A stretch of DNA of 63,956 bases, the filler included, from Octopus bimaculoides (taxonomy: Eukaryota), in assembly GCF_001194135.2 (NCBI RefSeq). It is 3 parts of 3 records of this genome, joined end to end, with 100 filler letters (N's around TTAATTAATTAA, not from the genome) between each part and the next. Parts side by side here need not be neighbours in the genome. Positions count along the whole stretch, not along the records: positions 29,050 to 50,598 come from NC_068981.1; positions 50,699 to 63,956 come from NC_068990.1; 1 more part is not named here. The stretch is one strand, 5' to 3'. The number at the start of each line of letters is the position of its first letter. Within the stretch, counting starts at the first letter, position 1. Shown here one piece after another: positions 40,091 through 52,571 of this stretch. A program made the position numbers and the translations under genes. A model generated the notes under the pieces. That model saw only the letters and a list, made by a program, of their open reading frames with translations. It was not told the DNA's origin and did not search any database.

Positions 40091-40156
<66 letters not shown>

Positions 40157-40158
40157 AT

Positions 40159-40199
<41 letters not shown>

Positions 40200-40218
40200 A
40201 ACGATTATTACTACTACA
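40041..40218. repeat. Compound trinucleotide microsatellite (TTC/CTA/CGA/TTA)
   Basis: Direct reading. Confidence 0.95.
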
Positions 40219-40702
40219 TCTAATACTAGTTTGTCATTCCTTTCTTCTTCATATTTTAACCCATATTCAACTTCTCCCGCATCTTATTTTTAATTATTTC
40301 ATCTCTACGGGTTATGAAGCTGCAAGCTACACCCTTAGAAGTCTTACACATTTCACACACTGTTTGTAGTGCCAAACAAAGACACTGTTCGTATATCGAG
40401 GGAATTCATATCGATACGCAGTTTCTTCAGCTAACCGTTTGAATTTACGCAACTGTTGCTAAGAGGACAATTACAATTTATAAACTTAGGCATTTACTTC
40501 AGTTCCAGAAATTTTCAAATAGGTTTTAGTCCAATTAATCTTTTTTAGATCCTACTTTTATAACAGACGGTAAGCAACAACGATTTGGTCTCACACACTT
40601 GCCCCCACTGCGTCAAGAATAATTTCAGATATTATTATCACTTTTGAAGCAGTGAACAGACAGAATCGTTAGAGTGCCAGACAAAATGCTTATATGATTC
40701 TT

Positions 40703-41383
40703 TGTATGTATATGTGTTTGTATGTATGGAGGAATTTCAACCATGTTTCGTGGTCTGCTACCACAACAGCTCCTTTATAGGATCCAGTTAGCTCAAGACA
40801 TCATCAGTAGGAACCACGTCCGGTTTCGGCCCCTACTCCTCTACCGTTTTGACGTGGCGGGGCCCCTCCTTTCGGAGGTGTCTTCAGCTCTGGTGTTGGG
40901 TGCATGTCTTCTTTCTTCTATTCCCTGGCCTCTTCCATGCAGCATCAACGAGTGTCAGCGTCCGACTGATCGTCATGTCAAGTTCCCCTTTTTATATCTG
41001 CTTCAATATGCCTATCATGACTACCCGNNNNNNNNNNNNNNNNNNNNNNNNNNNNNNNTGTATGTATATGTGTTTGTATGTATGGAGGAATTTCAACCAT
41101 GTTTCGTGGTCTGCTACCACAACAGCTCCTTTATAGGATCCAGTTAGCTCAAGACATCATCAGTAGGAACCACGTCCGGTTTCGGCCCCTACTCCTCTAC
41201 CGTTTTGACGTGGCGGGGCCCCTCCTTTCGGAGGTGTCTTCAGCTCTGGTGTTGGGTGCATGTCTTCTTTCTTCTATTCCCTGGCCTCTTCCATGCAGCA
41301 TCAACGAGTGTCAGCGTCCGACTGATCGTCATGTCAAGTTCCCCTTTTTATATCTGCTTCAATATGCCTATCATGACTACCCG
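40703..41383 (+). repeat. GC-richer unclassified repeat, present twice (40703-41027 = 41059-41383) across a 31-N gap
   Basis: The 325-bp copies look identical. Shares gtgcatgtcttc...ctattcc with the minus strand of 45340-45800. Confidence 0.7.
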
Positions 41384-41760
41384 CCTGATGAGATTATATC
41401 GAGTACACGAATAGCAACCATATGTGCGAGACATGGTAATCATATATCAAGATAAACAGAGCATGATTTTGCAGTGGGGCCAAGTTAGAATTTTCTTCAG
41501 ATCAAGTAGCCATCCCGCTCTAATGATACCTAAATGAAAGTTGACTGGAGAATAAGGCTTGTTTGACAAGACGTCCCTGTTTCCAGAGGTGAATTATTCA
41601 AGCCCTATACTGCTTCCTCCCTCAATACTCCTGCTCTTGATCAGAGATGCACAAATCGTAAGCGACTAAGTGACGTGCTCGACCGGTTAACGTCAAGCAA
41701 CTGAGATATTGAACAGAATATTTGTTGTGGCCCATCATTTATACTAAGACAAACATGCAC
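41370..41760 (-). mobile_element. LINE 3'UTR-like or SINE-like interspersed repeat (unclassified)
   Basis: Recognised by eye as a recurrent octopus-type repeat (ctgtttatcttgatatatgat...gcacatatggttg...gggtagtcatgat). Class not confirmed. Confidence 0.45.
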
Positions 41761-42003
41761 ATTGTAATACAGCCAATCAGTTAAGACCAGAAGTCATGAG
41801 ATCCTTTGTCGTGTGCTGCATGATAATGATGATGATGATGATGATGATCATCATCATCATCATCATCATTTTTATTATTAATATTAATATCATTGTCCTT
41901 GTTATAAACGTCCTAATCACCATCATCAAAAGCAGCGTCATCGTTCTTGTGGTCCGTGGTGATTCTCTTAATGATGCTATTTGCAAAATACTTGAGTGGA
42001 TGA

Positions 42004-42202
42004 AGCGGCGACTCGGCGGAATTGTGAGCACACCGTACAAAATGTTATCCGGCATTTCGTCCATCATTTCGTTCTTCTTTTGCCGAGTTCGATTTAGCCT
42101 TTCGTCCCGACGGTATCGATCAGATGATTACCACTTCCGCAGTGTCATCGATGTAATGGACTACCCCGCCCCTCAAAACTGCTGGCCTTGTGCAGTATAT
42201 TC
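42004..42202 (+). mobile_element. SINE family A copy (decayed)
   Basis: gcggcgactcggcggaattgtgagc...gccgagttcgatttagcctttcgtcc...gctggccttgtgc. Confidence 0.75.
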
Positions 42203-43170
42203 GTATGGAGGCTTAGCAAGATTGAATGTTAGACTAAATATCTTGTGGTACTTTGTTACGGCCCTTCATCATTTTATCACAATGGTCGACTTTGTATTAT
42301 TTCGATTGAAAGCTCTCTAGTTTTGTAACTACACTAAAAACTATTATTAGAACGAATATATTTATCATTTTTTTCGAGAATCTGAAAACGAGAAAATAAT
42401 AATAATTTGTTTGTTCACAAAATAATTAATAAATTGGTCTCAATTATATACATTATACCGTCTATCACGATTCTGTTACGTCATTATTATGATAAATTTT
42501 GCTTTAACTTTACTACGTTGTAGAGTATAAAAGGATATTTGAATAATAATAAAAATTAATAACTGAATTTAGCAAATTTTATGTGACAAATACGTATTTA
42601 ATTTTGCAAATTTACCACTATTTACCAAACAGCTACTTATCAGGAAATAATTTCTGTTGCTTTCAAAGAAATTTATGTACTTATTTATTGGTTTAAAATC
42701 TCTCAAGTAGTTATAGCGAAAATTATTTCACTAAATTAATGATTTAATATATAACGCCCGCGTATTGAAAATGCATACNNNNNNNNNNNNNNNNNNNNNN
42801 NNNNNNNNNNNNNNNNNNNNNNNNNNNNNNNNNNNNNNNNNNNNNNNNNNNNNNNNNNNNNNNNNNNNNNNNNNNNNNATATGTGTGTGTGTGTGTGTGT
42901 GCGTGTGTGTGTGTGTGTTTGTGTGTGTTGTGTGTGTGTGTGTGTGCGTGCGTGCATATATTTGTGAGTATGCGTGTGTGTGTGTAGATAGATTGGATAA
43001 AGCTCGATATAGATGTATGTATGAGTATGTATAAGTAATCGAGGGTGAGGTGAAAGGTCATAGGTTAATTATGAAGAAGTTATGCTACGTCTGTGAAATA
43101 TTGTATGAATTAATTTCAGCACCTCTTATTAATAACTGCATTGTTTCTTTCCAGTTAAACAGATATTTTT

Positions 43171-43357
43171 AGTACTCTAGGCACAAGGCCCAAAATTTTA
43201 GGTGAGGAGTTCAGTCGATTAGATCGATCCCAGTACGCAACTAGTACTTAATTTATCGACCCAGCAATGCTGAAAGTCAAAGTCAGCCTCGTCGGAATTT
43301 GAGCTCAGAGCATAAAACAGACGAAATACCGCTAAGAATTTCGTCCGGGGTGCTAGT
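43171..43357 (-). mobile_element. SINE family A copy
   Basis: aggcacaaggcccaaaattt...atttatcgaccc...ggaatttgagctcagagc. Confidence 0.85.
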
Positions 43358-43419
43358 TAAAGAGATATCTGATTGTTGATTGTAGATTTCAGATTTAACT
43401 AATAATGACTTCTCTTGTA

Positions 43420-44835
43420 AATAGTGACAACATTTGGCATTGTGGCATTATCGAATTAATGCAAAAAAATGGTTTAGCCACCGAGAACATTCGTTCTGAC
43501 AAGGTTCATACAGTAGGGGATGATGACACTCCAGGTTTGTCAACAGTGCAAAAGTGGGAAACCAAATTTAGGAGGGGAGGAAGACTGTTGAGGATAGCCC
43601 AACGCCTGACACTGTCACTGCCAATGAAAACATTAAGCGCGTTCATAACATGGTGTTGAATGTGAGGCGATTGACTACAAATCAAATAGCTAATGCTCTT
43701 AGAATATCCCGCGAGAGAGGGAAGAATAATATGCACGATGGACTTGGCATGAATTTGGCATGAAGAGGATGCCACGTCTTCTGACAGAGGTTGATCATAT
43801 AACAGGAAAATCTGAAACTGCTTGAGGCAGATACAGCTGGTTTCTTTGAATGTTTCCCAACCAAGTATGAGTGTTGGGTTCGTCACGTTTGAGACAGAGA
43901 AAAATAGACAGTCCATGCAATGGAAACACCCCCATCTCAACTTGGCTTCAAAGAAAGCCAAGTCGATTCCTCTGTAAGGAATGTAATGGCCTCAGTTGTT
44001 TGTGATGAAATAAGTGTTGTACTTACTCTTTTACTTGTTTCTGTCATTTGACTGTGGTCATGCTGGATCACCACCTTTTGTCGAGCAAATCGACCCCATG
44101 ACTTATTCTTTGTAAGCCTAGTACTTATTCTATCGGTTTCTTTTGCCGAACATTAAGTTACGGGGACGTAAACATACCAGCATCGTTTTGTCAGGTGATG
44201 TGGGGGCGACAAACACAGATACACAAACATATACACACATACATATATATACATATATACGACGGGCTTCTTTCAGTTTCCGTCTACCAAAATCACTCAC
44301 AAGGCTTGGTTGGCCCTAATCTATAGTAGAAGACACGTGTCCAATGTGCCACGCAGTGGGACTGAGCCCGGAAGTATGCGGTTGGTAGGCAAGCTACTTA
44401 CCACACAGTCACTCCTATCACTATTTTCAAAAATGTCACATCATCAATGGAGAATAATATGCGAACTTGCTGAGGTAGTTACGAAGATCTATCAAAAACC
44501 AAGCGCCCAGAAAAACAAACGAAATAGGTTTTGTTTCAACAGAACTATCTTCAGCACACGCGCCTTTGGTTTCAATGATTCCTGTTCGCGAGTGTGTCTT
44601 TGAACTGGTTGATAACCATCTCTATTCTCTCAATGTGGCCCCATCTGTCGATCATCTGTTCCCCAATATGAAAAACACATGGTTCTAAATCAGTATTGCG
44701 CTGATGAAGACGTCATATCTGTTGTTGACATTTTTGACAAAAAGGATGAAATCTTATTCACCAATGGGATCCAAGAAAAGCAAAACAGATGGGAGACATG
44801 TGTGGCTAGCGAGGGAGATAATGCTGAAAAATAAA
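43420..44835 (+). mobile_element. Mariner transposase relic interrupted by a SINE
   Basis: GIIELMQKNGLATENIRSD...LSTVQKWETKFRRG (HTH), ECWVRH...RQSMQWKHP, YFQKCHIINGE*YANLLR, HLYSLNVAPSVDHLFPNMK (YSPDLAPSD equivalent), GIQ...RWETCVASEGDNAEK*. Confidence 0.92.
44025..44412 (-). mobile_element. SINE family C, full length, inserted in the mariner
   Basis: Near-consensus family C. The mariner reading frame resumes on the far side. Confidence 0.92.
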
Positions 44836-45339
44836 CATCAGATGATCAAAATATACCGAAAATTCCACAAAGAGATTAAGACAGAGGTTTTACGTTGCGT
44901 AAAATACCAGGAGAAGGCTTCCACCAAGTACTTAATAAAGATGCGTTCTGTTCAGAAAGTTCTTAGTGATTCTTCAGTTTAATGTTAAATTTCCCCCACC
45001 TCTCTCTCTCTCATTATACATACACACACANNNNNNNNNNNNNNNNNNNNNNNNNNNNNNNNNNNNNNNNNNNNNNNNNNNNNNNNNNNNNNNNNNNNNN
45101 NNNNNNNNNNNNNNNNNNNNNNNNNNNNNNNNNNNNNNNNNNNNNNNNNNNNNNNNNNNNNNNNNNNNNNNNNNNNNNNNNNNNNNNNNNNNNNNNNNNN
45201 NNNNNNNNNNNNNNNNNNNNNNNNNNNNNNNNNNNNNNNNNNNNNNNNNNNNNNNNNNNNNNNNNNNNNNNNNNNNNNNNNNNNNNNNNNNNNNNNNNNN
45301 ATGTTATTTATATTAATATATGATTGAATGCCACGCATC

Positions 45340-45800
45340 CTCTTCCAAGTACTTTTATCGTAATACTTCTGATACTCTGATACGCACTCTATACACTTTC
45401 GTTTTTCTCTCTTTCTCTCTCTGATTCATTTACCTCCTCTTCTCCCACTATTCTATCCTATTACTCTGTCACTCTTTCTCGCTCACTCCTCCTCCCTTGC
45501 TCACGTGGCTTACACGTGACTATCGGTTATTCTTCTTTCTTCTTCAATCTTGTGTTTCTTTCTTTCTCTCCGTTGTGGTTGGAATAGGGAAGACATGCAC
45601 TTGTCTGTCTCTTGTCCAAGCATAGCTTACGCGTTCGACACCAAAAGCTCGTTTAGGCTTAGCAGCCCTTCCTGTTTGTTTTCACTGTGCTGTTTGTGTT
45701 ACCAATTTTGACCCACCGCAAAATCCCATATGTTATTTAATTTTCTTTGCGTAAGTAACAGTGTTATCGAAAGCGTATATTGTTGTTAAATATTCGAATC
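45340..45800 (-). repeat. Unclassified repeat (LTR-like) with gtcacgtg plus purine tract
   Basis: Architecture parallels copy 1 at 443-1101. Short motif shared with 40900-40925. Confidence 0.4.
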
Positions 45801-46017
45801 ACGAGACTAGAAAAAATAGCCAACAACTGAGGAGGGGTCGTTCTTTATGTTGCTTGTTTTGTTTTCCATTTGTGTCATTGGTTGTTCGAAAAAATAGTTC
45901 ATATTCCAAGTACTCGTACTTCGTATTTTTTGTTGTACACGTTTCGTAACGTCCTGTGCGCCCATATATATATATATATATACATACGTATAGATGTAAG
46001 CATGTATATAAGCATAT

Positions 46018-46099
<82 letters not shown>

Positions 46100-48024
46100 A
46101 TGTAATGTCTATATACATGTATATAATATATAATATATATGTATGTGTGTATGTGCCTGAGTGAGTTTTTGTGTATGTGAGTATTTGTGTGTGTGTGTTT
46201 GTATTGTGTATGTGTGTGTATTGTGTATGTGCGCGCGTATTTGCATTTGTATATGTATCTTATCGAAATAAATATACAAAACATGTCATGACTGACGTGT
46301 AATGTAATTCCTAAAATATCATAAAATTTCTAGACAAATTTTAAACGTCACAAGTGTGTATAGTTATTGGGACTACATTTAAAATATATATAATTTCATA
46401 TTCCGTAGTCTAGAAGCAGTTGTAAAAGCTCTAATTTGTTATTTTTTTCTAAAAAAGACATGAATATTTCAAATTGAATATGCTGGTGAAACCCTTAATC
46501 AGTTTAATAGCTATAGTAATTAATAAGTATAAGATTCCATTTTATAGTTTATCTTAAATAATATTTTGAAAATAAAGTGTTTTCATTTTTATTCTGGATT
46601 TTATCTTTTTCAAATTCACTGAAAGTTGAATACCCAAATTCAATTCCAATAAAATGAAATTAAGATGTAGATTATATTGAAATATCCTTTCTTTGATCTT
46701 TTGACTGGAAAAAATTGTCTGCGCCATCACAGTTACTACTTTTCTCTCGAAGGATTCGTTTTATAAATAATTTCTTTATGATATATTCGTAGATCTTGGA
46801 TACACCGAACGGTTGTGTTTAATGTCACTATATAATATAGATGAAAGGAGTAATATTTTTAAAATCCGTTCTTTCATAAAACCCCATAAAACCCCATAAA
46901 ACTACTCGGGTGTAGTATAAGAATTTTTTTAGTTGTATACTGAAAAAATTCTGTTGGTGGCGAAATCAAATTTATTACAAATAACATACTATAACCTCAT
47001 GGCAAAATTTTGTATATCGTAAATATTCATGAAACTTTTAAATTTGGAATTGCATGAATATTAAAACTTGGCAAGCTGCAAAAATCAAATAATATATATA
47101 AAAAAAAAAAATGGATCGTGTGATAAGAAAATTAGTTGCAACGATGTCTGTTTTATCTCGGTATGTGATTTAATGCAAATGGTGTAAACACTGCAATATA
47201 AATGATCTGCCGGTCATATACTACTATCTAGAAAGTTACACCACTTTGTGAGAGAATACTTCTAGTGGACTTGCCAATGGTCACCCTGCAGGAAACGAGA
47301 AAGTGAAATAAAGAGATTATCCAAGTTAGATTATTATATTTCACATAAGCTTATACGGGTGAAACACATTGCTTCTGGACTGTGACGTAATCTTAAATAA
47401 TATTAAGAATTTAACTGATCACTGATCTCAACATGTACGCTAAAATCATTAGGAATAAATATCCATATATTTCATATGCTATTTTAATTACTAACATTCT
47501 GTCAGATCAATCCCCATAAGATTTTTGAAGGAAGAGAGTTAGATGGAAGTAGAGAGTGACACTAATGATACAAAACATTATATACGCATGCTATTTAAAG
47601 TAATCGAAGCACGAGAATAAAATCATGGACAAACAATTTAAAGAGTATATAATGAGCTAATAAGATTAAAGAAACAAATTGTCAATAAAATGCTGTAAAT
47701 GGGATGCCATGGATATTAGCAGAAATGATTAATGATGGTAGCAGAAGGAAAGTAAAATATTAAAATGAAGAATTCCGCCAACGATATTTACTAAATACTA
47801 ACACAATTTAATGAGTAGAGTTTCTCCGTAGATTATGGTCCTAAGAATATGCTCCATTGTTGTGCCTTGTTCGTGGAGTTAATTTCTTCCAAAGACGACA
47901 TTAGACGGGTTTAGTACAGAAATTACGCGCTGATTAGCTCTGTACCAAATGCTACCTGACAGACTACTAATTGTTTACCACTCTTAGAGATTGTGTTATT
48001 TTGCATATCTCCTGGTCAACTAAA

Positions 48025-48220
48025 TAATCCCTTCTAATATAGGCACAATACATGCCATTTTGTAGGAGAGTTGCTAGCCGGGTACATCGACTGGTAGTTA
48101 TTTTACTGACCTCGGAATGATGAAAAGCAATGTTGACTTCGGCGAAAGTATAATTAAAAACGTATAGCTGGAAGGAACAAAAGTTGTTATGTATTTTGCT
48201 TGGCATGCTAACGAACACAG
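48025..48220 (-). mobile_element. SINE family A copy (decayed)
   Basis: taatataggcacaa...tacatcgactggtagttattttactgacctcggaatgatgaaaagcaatgttgacttcggcgaa. Confidence 0.75.
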
Positions 48221-49938
48221 CAGTGGATTGCCTTATTTGAAGTCGAAATTTAATAGATTAATAAATAATGAAATTAGGAATCAATATTATTCAATGATAT
48301 TACTAAATAATATCAATTTCAAATAGTGGTCAGCATACTTAAAAAAACTTCCAGGGACCGCATCGATTTGACGTCTATTTTTAGCATACAAGGCATCTAT
48401 ATAGCGATCTCTCATATGGTTTAAATGAATAAGTTAAATAATTAAAATCAAGAAATTTCAATAGAAGACCGTAGTGTAATCCATACAAATATATATATAT
48501 ATATATTTCACTTGTGTAAATATTTCGAATAATTACAAAATATATATCTACTGCTTCACCAATTTCAATGAATTATACTTCGTCTAGACTTGAAATATGT
48601 ACTTTAGTGAATCATTGGAAGTTCAGTACCGCAAGAGTATGCAAAAACACCCGCACACAAACACACGAACTTTTACGCATATATATATNNNNNNNNNNNN
48701 NNNNNNNNNNNNNNNNNNNNNNNNNNNNNNNNNNNNNNNNNNNNNNNNNNNNNNNNNNNNNNNNNNNNNNNNNNNNNNNNNNNNNNNNNNNNNNNNNNNN
48801 NNNNNNNNNNNNNNNNNNNNNNNNNNNNNNNNNNNNNNNNNNNNNNNNNNNNNNNNNNNNNNNNNNNNNNNNNNNNNNNNNNNNNNNNNNNNNNNNNNNN
48901 NNNNNNNNNNNNNNNNNNNNNNNNNNNNNNNNNNNNNNNNNNNNNNNNNNNNNNNNNNNNNNNNNNNNNNNNNNNNNNNNNNNNNNNNNNNNNNNNNNNN
49001 NNNNNNNNNNNNNNNNNNNNNNNNNNNNNNNNNNNNNNNNNNNNNNNNNNNNNNNNNNNNNNNNNNNNNNNNNNNNNNNNNNNNNNNNNNNNNNNNNNNN
49101 NNNNNNNNNNNNNNNNNNNNNNNNNNNNNNNNNNNNNNNNNNNNNNNNNNNNNNNNNNNNNNNNNNNNNNNNNNNNNNNNNNNNNNNNNNNNNNNNNNNN
49201 NNNNNNNNNNNNNNNNNNNNNNNNNNNNNNNNNNNNNNNNNNNNNNNNNNNNNNNNNNNNNNNNNNNNNNNNNNNNNNNNNNNNNNNNNNNNNNNNNNNN
49301 NNNNNNNNNNNNNNNNNNNNNNNNNNNNNNNNNNNNNNNNNNNNNNNNNNNNNNNNNNNNNNNNNNNNNNNNNNNNNNNNNNNNNNNNNNNNNNNNNNNN
49401 NNNNNNNNNNNNNNNNNNNNNNNNNNNNNNNNNNNNNNNNNNNNNNNNNNNNNNNNNNNNNNNNNNNNNNNNNNNNNNNNNNNNNNNNNNNNNNNNNNNN
49501 NNNNNNNNNNNNNNNATATAAAAGAAGTTTGAAAACACCACTATATAAAATAAATTTTAATTTATAATTTTCTCAGAGATATGTAACATGTTTCGGTTCT
49601 TGAAAAAACGAACCTTATCAAAAATACATATTTAAAAAAAAATGTAATTAAGAGAAAAGTTCATAATTGTTTCTTACTAGTGTCAACGTAGTCCACGTGG
49701 GAACGTTTTTTGTATGGGTACATAATGGCTGTCTAGTGCGTTGACATGAATCGTTGGTTGGAGTAGTAACGAACTGGGCCTTTCATCGTTACAAATAATA
49801 GTTCATGTTCCATGTACTCGTGCGTCGTATTTTTTGTTGTACATGTTTCATGACGTCCTGTGCAAACGTATGTTTATGTATATATATATATACGTATAGA
49901 TGTACGTAGGTACAGTACATATATGTGTGTGTATATGC

Positions 49939-49984
<46 letters not shown>

Positions 49985-50698
49985 TCACGTATAGGAACCG
50001 TTGTTTATGTGCTGATATCTCACTCAATAATATACATTGTTTAGAGAGCATATATATTATACATCCTACTTATAAAAGATTTTGCTTTCGTCGACCATTG
50101 ACATCATTGATTCGATGGTAGTTATTCTACTTAAACATTGTAGACATTATCAGGGGAATATCATAGAGAAAGAGATATTAGTATGTCTTAGTACTGGTAT
50201 TAACAACTAAAACCTTATATGAACCTTTTAGTATATAAATGGAATCTTGTAACACTGCACTATAACTTACACGTTATATGTATATATATATACATATTAC
50301 TCATTATATATATATTTTTTTCAAATAAATATATATATATCTAATATGTGTATATATATGTTTTTCTATATATATACGCAATCTGATATATGACCGATGT
50401 TGGACTCCTCATTCGCATAATCACCGGACTTGGAGCTTAACTATATTCAGTCTATAGCACTTACTCAACATTACCTAACAACTTTGTGTCTTCTTGACAA
50501 CATTATCTCTCTTAACCTATATATATACATATATGCATATATATATATATATAAATATATGCATATACATATACATACATATATATATATATGTATATNN
50601 NNNNNNNNNNNNNNNNNNNNNNNNNNNNNNNNNNNNNNNNNNTTAATTAATTAANNNNNNNNNNNNNNNNNNNNNNNNNNNNNNNNNNNNNNNNNNNN

Positions 50699-50731
<33 letters not shown>

Positions 50732-50748
50732 ATATATACATATATATA

Positions 50749-51096
50749 CAATAATGCCTCACGCTATGGCGGACTCTAAGGTCAGACTACCATAAAAAAC
50801 ACATTTCTACCGAACGCGAGGAAATGCAACTCTCAAAGACAGCCCCTTAAAAACAGACTAAATTATGAATCATGATTTCGTAGTTATTGTAGTATTATAA
50901 AACCTCTACTCGTCAGTATAATATGGTCAAGATAAATATAAGTAAACAGAAAATCCACATGCCAAACGAACACCGCGTATCCAATATAGTACATAGAAGA
51001 CTGTTCATCGCTATTTACCTATGTAAGTCGCGGGAATTTCGAATTGCATCTCCGTTAGTCTGACCTTAGAGTCCCACGTAGCGTGAGGCATTATTG
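50749..51096. mobile_element. MITE, 348 bp, about 40-bp TIRs, TA target site
   Basis: TA|caataatgcctcacgctatggcggactctaaggtcagacta ... tagtctgaccttagagtcccacgtagcgtgaggcattattg|TA. About 3 mismatches between TIRs, plus a subterminal inverted motif ggaaatgcaactc / gaattgcatctcc. Confidence 0.9.
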
Positions 51097-51223
51097 TATA
51101 GTAATGCCCTTATATAAATAAATATATATTTTGTGAATAAATGAGGATTTTCCCCCTTATGAGGTTTTTTTCACGCTAGCTACTTGATACATTCTTGTAA
51201 AAGAATTCATCCTATTACTGAAG

Positions 51224-51271
<48 letters not shown>

Positions 51272-51892
51272 TAATAGCTAAGCCGGGTCTCAACCGGTCG
51301 GTTTTGATGATGTGGCTGTAAAACCTGCTCTGCGTATCTGTGTAAGCATTCGACTTGTTTGGGCACGCTTACGTTAAAAAACAATTTTAGAATTACTTTT
51401 TCTGTCAAAACGCGAAAAATAACAGTCCAACAAGAAAGAAAAAACAACCAAGATTCAACCAAATCAAAAAATAAACTCAAATACTAAACGAACAAATATG
51501 AACCATCCCACTTCCATCGCGCGCGCATACGCACACACACAAACACACACACACACATGCACATTCCCATACCCCCATTTTACATATACACACACATATT
51601 CACACAGAGTTGAAACGGTGTTCGATTCATTTTTTCAGCGTCCAATTTTCATCATCCCACTACCAAGTATGACAACACCTTTTCCTTCCATATTCATCTA
51701 TCACCCAACTCCTTTCTCTTCATAAACACAAGAGTATTATTATAACAGATTATCTCGGTAACCATGGGAGCTATGAAAAAATACAAAGCTCAGCATCACC
51801 ACCAGATCATTCTACACATGTGTGTAATTTTTCGCGCAAAAAGAATCGCCCATGACAAATTTATATATATATATATAAGTATATATACGTTC

Positions 51893-52059
51893 CACATTAT
51901 CACGACTTAACTTCGGCGCCTGCGTGACTGGCCCGAATAGCGTACCTCGCAGACTAATACAACTTGCTGTGTCTGTCCGGTATTTATTAGTGGCAGACCA
52001 GCCCACTTCTCATTTGAAGGGGTTCGACACAACACCTCCCTCGTAGATATTTTTTCACA

Positions 52060-52103
<44 letters not shown>

Positions 52104-52571
52104 TTATTATTTCTTTTTCTTCCACACATTTATCTTTCGCTTCAGAATGCCGCAGGTAGTACCAGTCTACATGGTTTACCGGTAGCGCTACTAGCACATT
52201 GTGACCTGACAGTAATCTTACAAACGGATTGATATTATTTTTCCGTGTGTGTAGTTCAGTTCTGTGTTGGAGTTTCAGTTTTCTCCGGCATTTTTTTCTT
52301 GAGAACTTTTTTTTAGTAGAATTTACACATTTTTAATGTGTGTATACTATTTTTCACTGCATGTACTTCAAATCTATGTTAGTCATATCTGCCACTGCGT
52401 GTAGTTAGACTCCTCGTCACCAGTGATATGTCCCGCATTATGACGATGTGACCTCGTCGTCTGCGTCACTGGCACGAACAGCTTACCTCGCTAACTCTAC
52501 TTACTGTATCTGTCCACTATCTATTAGTAGTGGACTAACTTACTTCTCACTTGGGGGTGTCTGCCACAACA
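51893..52571. repeat. Diverged direct repeat pair (51893-52034 and 52434-52571)
   Basis: Hand alignment gives about 74% identity with one 4-nt indel. CpG-rich, both copies end in cacaaca. Confidence 0.8.

Noticed and set aside
40860-40890. Minus-strand CTGAAGA...GAAA near a CCTCC-GAAA-GGAGG hairpin
   Set aside because: Stem II and stem III cannot form in hammerhead register. The GAAA is just a tetraloop.
40703-41383. Apparent 325-bp tandem duplication giving two similar ORFs (40722, 41078)
   Set aside because: Copies look identical and directly flank a short N-gap, so this is an unmerged contig overlap.
52405-52422. GACTCCTCGTC resembling the HDV L3 loop
   Set aside because: P3 does not close a 7-8 nt loop, and no P1.1 GG or P2 partner is found.
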